Source: Acidobacteriota bacterium
GTDB lineage: Bacteria; Acidobacteriota; Vicinamibacteria; Vicinamibacterales; JAFNAJ01
Reading direction: 5' to 3'
Length of the DNA: 38,404 nucleotides
Assembly (NCBI GenBank): GCA_017860085.1
Contig: JAFNAJ010000003.1
Coordinates: 1-38,404 of the forward strand
Each line of letters opens with the position of its first letter. The stretch's first letter is position 1. This document shows, one piece after another, positions 34,815 through 38,404 of this stretch. The notes beneath the pieces are model-generated. The model was not told the DNA's origin. It made no database searches and worked only from the letters and a program-made list of their open reading frames with translations. A program made the position numbers and the translations under genes.

Positions 34815-35885
34815 ATGTCCATACGCGAGCAGCTCGAGGCCAGGGAGCGTCAGTTCCTTGCCCCACAGGCCGCATTCAGCGACGCCACCCGGGGCCGCGT
34901 GCGGCCCGAGCCCGAGGACCCCATCCGGCCAGCCTTCCAGCGCGACCGAGACCGGGTCGTCCACTCCAAGGCGTTCCGTCGCCTGAAGTACAAGACCCAG
35001 GTCTTCTTTGCGCCGACGGGCGACCACTATCGCACGCGTCTCACGCACACGCTCGAGGTGTCCCAGATTGCGCGCACGATCGCCAAGGTGCTCAGGCTCA
35101 ACGAGGAGTTGACCGAGGCCATCGCCCTCGGCCACGACCTGGGCCACACGCCGTTCGGCCACGCGGGTGAGCACGTGCTGAAGGCGCTCGTGCCCGGCGG
35201 TTTCAACCACTACGAGCAGAGTCTCCGCATCGTCGACCACCTCGAGCGCGATGGTCAGGGGCTCAACCTGACCTGGGAGGTGCGTGACGGCATCGCGCGC
35301 CATTCCAAGGGCAGGCACGGCCTCCCCGTCGGCGCCGACCCCGAGCACCGGGCCGCCACGATCGAGGGGCAGATCGCGCGGGTGGCCGACATCATTGCCT
35401 ACGTCAACCACGACATCGACGATGCGGTGCGAGCGGGCATCTTGCGGGAGAGCGACCTGCCCGCCGGCCCCGTGGCGGTGCTCGGCGCAACGGGCTCGGC
35501 GCGAATCGGCCGGATGGTGACCGATGCCGTCGAGCAGACGCTGGCGGGGGGGCTGTCGGAGGTCCGCATGACCGACGAGGTGCTCTCGGCGACGCTCGAC
35601 CTGCGGAGCTTCCTGTTCGGGGCGGTGTACGAAAATGCCATTGCCACGGCCGAGTTCTCGAAGGCCGAAGGCATTCTCGGGGGGCTCTGGGAGCGCATCC
35701 GGGCACGTCCGCAGGAGTTCCTCGACCCCGTCATCCTCGAGCGGGATGGCCTGGATGCGGCGTCGCGCGACTTCCTTGCCGGAATGACCGACCGGTTCGC
35801 CGTGCGGCTGTACGAGCGGTTGTTCATCCCCCGTCCCTGGATCGAGGTCGGCGGGGAGCCCCGCCCAATTCAGGAAAGGCTCTAG
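34815..35885 (+). CDS. dgt: dGTPase-like HD-domain triphosphohydrolase
   Basis: FQRDRDRVVHSKAFRRLKYKTQVF, RTRLTHTLEVSQIART, GHDLGHTPFGH, ADIIAYVNHDIDD. ATG 34815 inside track ORF 34734-35885. Confidence 0.85.
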   Translation: MSIREQLEARERQFLAPQAAFSDATRGRVRPEPEDPIRPAFQRDRDRVVHSKAFRRLKYKTQVFFAPTGDHYRTRLTHTLEVSQIARTIAKVLRLNEELTEAIALGHDLGHTPFGHAGEHVLKALVPGGFNHYEQSLRIVDHLERDGQGLNLTWEVRDGIARHSKGRHGLPVGADPEHRAATIEGQIARVADIIAYVNHDIDDAVRAGILRESDLPAGPVAVLGATGSARIGRMVTDAVEQTLAGGLSEVRMTDEVLSATLDLRSFLFGAVYENAIATAEFSKAEGILGGLWERIRARPQEFLDPVILERDGLDAASRDFLAGMTDRFAVRLYERLFIPRPWIEVGGEPRPIQERL

Positions 35886-35899
35886 ACCGTGGCTCGGCA

Positions 35900-35941
35900 A
35901 TGGCGCTTGGCCGGTGGGCGTTGGCGCTGGCCGGCTGGTGC
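35900..35941. repeat. Two tandem imperfect 21-nt direct repeats (TGGCGCTTGGCCGGTGGGCGT / TGGCGCTGGCCGGCTGGTGCC) in the dgt-yceD intergenic region
   Basis: Read directly. A third TGGCGCT core lies at about 35994-36000. The region is flanked by complementary TGGCTCG (35889-35895) and CGAGCCA (35955-35961). Confidence 0.4.
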
Positions 35942-36007
35942 CAGCCTGCCGCCGCGAGCCATGCGCGTCGGGGGCCGTCGGCGCGGAGGAGCGGTGGCGC
36001 TGAGGGG

Positions 36008-36016
36008 TGGTATAAT
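36008..36016 (+). promoter_or_regulatory. Putative extended -10 promoter element TGgTATAAT for the yceD-rpmF-plsX-fabD operon
   Basis: Perfect TATAAT (36011-36016) preceded by TG at 36008-36009, 40 nt upstream of the yceD ATG, in otherwise GC-rich DNA. No good -35 element, which extended -10 promoters tolerate. Confidence 0.45.
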
Positions 36017-36055
36017 CACGGTTTTGCGTGCCGCTGGCTGGAGGCGGCAGGGCGT

Positions 36056-36592
36056 ATGCTGCTCGACCTGACGCGAATCCAGGGCCCCAGGGCGCACGTG
36101 GAACGTGCCTACGGGCTCGACCAGTTCGACGCCCGTGGCGACGACTTCCGGGTCGTCGAACCCATCGGTCTGGTCTTCGATGTCGAGAAGAAGGCCGACG
36201 TGTTTCGGCTGGTGGGTCGGGTGACCACCGCGTTGGAGCTTGGGTGCAGCCGTTGCCTCGAGCCCTTCCGGCTGCCGGTCAACTCCGCGTTCGATCTCCG
36301 ATACCTGCCCCAGGCGACCAACCGTGGCGGAGAGGAAGACGAGGTAGGGGAGGACGCCCTCGACGTGGCGTTCTACGAGGGGGAGGCGATCGACCTGGGC
36401 CAGATGCTGCGGGAACAGTTCTACCTCGTGCTCCCGATGAAGCCGTTGTGCCGTCTCGACTGCCGGGGGATCTGCCCGGTTTGCGGCGCGAACCGGAACA
36501 CAGTGGAATGCGGCTGCGAGGCGAAGTGGGAGGATCCGCGGTTGGCACCTCTCAAGGGGCTGCGCGGCCACCCCGACGATCGCGAGCCCTGA
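36056..36592 (+). CDS. yceD: YceD/DUF177 family protein (large ribosomal RNA accumulation protein)
   Basis: GCSRCLEPF ... LREQFYLVLPMKPLCRLDCRGICPVCGANRN. Conserved position upstream of rpmF. ATG 36056 inside track ORF 35900-36592. Confidence 0.8.
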   Translation: MLLDLTRIQGPRAHVERAYGLDQFDARGDDFRVVEPIGLVFDVEKKADVFRLVGRVTTALELGCSRCLEPFRLPVNSAFDLRYLPQATNRGGEEDEVGEDALDVAFYEGEAIDLGQMLREQFYLVLPMKPLCRLDCRGICPVCGANRNTVECGCEAKWEDPRLAPLKGLRGHPDDREP

Positions 36593-36615
36593 GCCGAGGC
36601 GGAACGAAACCAGAG

Positions 36616-36633
36616 CCGGACGCTCGCGTCCGG
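36616..36633 (+). other. Small stable hairpin (CCGGACG / CTCG loop / CGTCCGG) between yceD and rpmF
   Basis: A 7-bp perfect inverted repeat with a tetraloop, read directly, 25 nt upstream of the rpmF ATG. Function unknown (attenuator, processing site or stabiliser). Confidence 0.25.
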
Positions 36634-36658
36634 TTGAGCGTGTACGAGGACGACAACG

Positions 36659-36841
36659 ATGCCGAATCCGAAACGACGTCATTCGAAGACTCGCGGCGCC
36701 AAGCGGCGCACGCACGACGCGCTTGCGCCGGTCGGTCTGGCCGAGTGCCCGCAGTGCCACGAACTGCGTCCACCGCACCGCGTCTGTCCCAACTGCGGCT
36801 TCTACCGTGGCCGACAGGTGCGCGCGGTGAAGGAGGACTGA
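36659..36841 (+). CDS. rpmF: 50S ribosomal protein L32 (zinc-ribbon form)
   Basis: MPNPKRRHSKTRGAKRRTHDAL...CPQCHELRPPHRVCPNCGFYRGRQV. Confidence 0.95.
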   Translation: MPNPKRRHSKTRGAKRRTHDALAPVGLAECPQCHELRPPHRVCPNCGFYRGRQVRAVKED

Positions 36842-36860
36842 GCTCGCCAGAGCGCGGCCC

Positions 36861-37868
36861 GTGATGCGGATCGCCGTTGACGCGATGGGGGGCGATTTCG
36901 GCCCTGCCATCATCGTGGAGGGTGCGGTGCTGGCCGCGCGGCAGGCGGGGTGCTCGTTGCTGCTGGCCGGGCCGCGCGACGTCCTCACCCAGGAGTTGGC
37001 CAGGCACGAGGGTGCGGGGTCGCTCGACGTGCGAATCGCCGATGCTCCCGACGTCGTGTCGATGGACGACGCGCCGTCGAGCGTGCTGCGCGCCAAGCGC
37101 GGCGCCTCGGTGAGGGTTGCCGCCGAGGCCGTGAAGGCCGGTGAGGCGGAGGCGCTCTTCAGCGCCGGGCACACGGGGGCCACGCTGATGGCCGCGCACG
37201 TCACGCTTGGCCTGCTGGCGGGCGTCGATCGCCCGGGACTGGCCGCGGCCGTGCCCACCTTGTCCGGGACCGCGGTGTTGCTCGACGTCGGGGCCAACGT
37301 GGAATGTCGGCCCCAGCACCTCGTCCAGTTCGCCGGTCTCGGCAATGCGTATGCACGCGTGGCGCTCGGCATCGGCGAGCCCAGGGTCGGCCTGCTGTCG
37401 ATCGGCGCCGAGGAGAGCAAGGGCAACGACCTCACCCGCGAGGCCCACCGCCTGCTGAAGACCGCCCCGATCAGGTTCATAGGCAACGTCGAGGCCCGCG
37501 ACGTGTTTGCCGGCCGGGCCGACGTCATCGTGTGCGACGGGTTCACGGGGAACGTGGCGCTGAAGGTCAGCGAAGGCATGGTCGAGGCGATGGAGCAGAT
37601 GCTGCGAGCCGAGCTGTCGCGTACCCTGGCGACCAGGGTCGGTTTCCTGCTGGCGCGGCGCGCGTTTCGCGCGTTTCACCGGCGTCTCGAATACTCGGAG
37701 TACGGTGCGGCGCCGCTGCTTGGGGTGGCTGGGCTGTGCTTCGTCGGCCACGGCCGGTCGTCGGTGAAGGCGATCCGCAGCGGCATCGCCATGGCTGCGC
37801 GCCTGGCTGGAGAGGGGCTGTTGGACCGGCTGGCGGCGGAGTTGGCCCCGGCTGGGCGGCCCGCCTGA
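36861..37868 (+). CDS. plsX: Phosphate acyltransferase PlsX; start GTG 36861 or ATG 36864
   Basis: MRIAVDAMGGDFGP, FSAGHTGATL, VCDGFTGNVALK, APLLGV. Confidence 0.9.
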   Translation: MMRIAVDAMGGDFGPAIIVEGAVLAARQAGCSLLLAGPRDVLTQELARHEGAGSLDVRIADAPDVVSMDDAPSSVLRAKRGASVRVAAEAVKAGEAEALFSAGHTGATLMAAHVTLGLLAGVDRPGLAAAVPTLSGTAVLLDVGANVECRPQHLVQFAGLGNAYARVALGIGEPRVGLLSIGAEESKGNDLTREAHRLLKTAPIRFIGNVEARDVFAGRADVIVCDGFTGNVALKVSEGMVEAMEQMLRAELSRTLATRVGFLLARRAFRAFHRRLEYSEYGAAPLLGVAGLCFVGHGRSSVKAIRSGIAMAARLAGEGLLDRLAAELAPAGRPA

Positions 37869-37883
37869 GGAGTGCGTGTTGTC

Positions 37884-38404
37884 ATGATCGCGTGCCTGTT
37901 CCCCGGACAGGGATCTCAGCGTGTTGGGATGGGCAAGGCTCTCGCCGAGGCGCATGCCGTCTGCCGGACGACCTTTGACGAGGCTGACGCGGCGCTGGGC
38001 GAGCCCCTGTCTCGGTTGTGTTTCGAGGGCCCGGAAGACCAGCTCCAGCTGACCGAGAACACCCAGCCGGCCATCCTCGCGGTCAGCGTGGCGACCTGGC
38101 GGCTGCTGGCCCAGCAGGGTCTCCGCCCGGCATTCGTGGCCGGCCATAGTCTCGGCGAGTACTCGGCCCACGTGGCCGCCGGGACGCTGGCGTTCGCAGA
38201 TGCCCTCCGGATCGTCAGGCGGCGCGGCCGCTACATGCAGGAGGCTGTGCCAGTTGGCGAGGGAGCGATGGCTGCCGTCCTGGGGCTGGACGCCGACGAG
38301 GTCGAGGCGGCGTGCGTCGACGCGGCTGAGGGCGACGTGGTCAGTGCGGCGAACATCAACGCGCCCGGACAGATCGTGATCGCCGGCAGTCGGGCGGCGG
38401 TCGA
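37884..38404 (+). CDS. fabD: Malonyl CoA-ACP transacylase, N-terminal part; continues beyond the window
   Basis: My own translation from ATG 37884: MIACLFPGQGSQRVGMGKAL...TENTQPAILAVSVA...VAGHSLGEYSAHVAAG...GAMAAVLGL. The frame stays open to the window end. Not in the ORF track because no stop codon is reached. Confidence 0.9.
   Translation, partial: MIACLFPGQGSQRVGMGKALAEAHAVCRTTFDEADAALGEPLSRLCFEGPEDQLQLTENTQPAILAVSVATWRLLAQQGLRPAFVAGHSLGEYSAHVAAGTLAFADALRIVRRRGRYMQEAVPVGEGAMAAVLGLDADEVEAACVDAAEGDVVSAANINAPGQIVIAGSRAAV

Overview
Very GC-rich chromosomal window (by eye two-thirds G+C or more; not computed) from a diderm bacterium. BamA, Skp, Lol and lipid A genes are present. The style fits Acidobacteriota- or Gemmatimonadota-like lineages, but that cannot be decided here. 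All family assignments come from motif recognition in the supplied translations; no searches were run. I can support about 43 protein genes. All are on the + strand and tightly packed, with many 1-4 nt start/stop overlaps. I saw no rRNA, tRNA, CRISPR array, transposase, integrase or defence-like genes. Gene order: dnaK (3' end), dnaJ, hspR, DnaC-like AAA+, hemW; an orphan secreted protein; acyl-CoA dehydrogenase and a MeaB::methylmalonyl-CoA epimerase fusion; MTAP and a PfkB kinase; four small membrane proteins (DUF2085 to VanZ); enoyl-CoA hydratase, ribH, nusB, lysS, lolC, lolD; clpC; bamA, skp, a fabZ::lpxA fusion, lpxI, a Gfo/Idh/MocA oxidoreductase; a futalosine-type menaquinone cluster (cysteine-free radical-SAM paralogue, mqnA, radical-SAM mqnE/C, amidohydrolase, mqnP, ubiX, ubiE/menG); a TonB-like protein; miaA, hfq, deoB, dgt-like; yceD, rpmF, plsX, fabD (5' part). 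Most of this is housekeeping. The observations most worth follow-up are: (1) an intact, translationally coupled, cysteine-free full-length paralogue of the neighbouring radical-SAM menaquinone enzyme; (2) a FabZ-LpxA single-polypeptide fusion in a lipid A cluster lacking lpxD and lpxB; (3) a MeaB GTPase fused to methylmalonyl-CoA epimerase; (4) a dnaK-linked DnaJ whose HPD motif reads HPG; (5) an hspR-linked zinc-ribbon DnaC-like ATPase; (6) an uncharacterised run of four membrane proteins. I did not find an unambiguous novel multi-gene system. The pseudo-radical-SAM gene in the mqn cluster is my best candidate.
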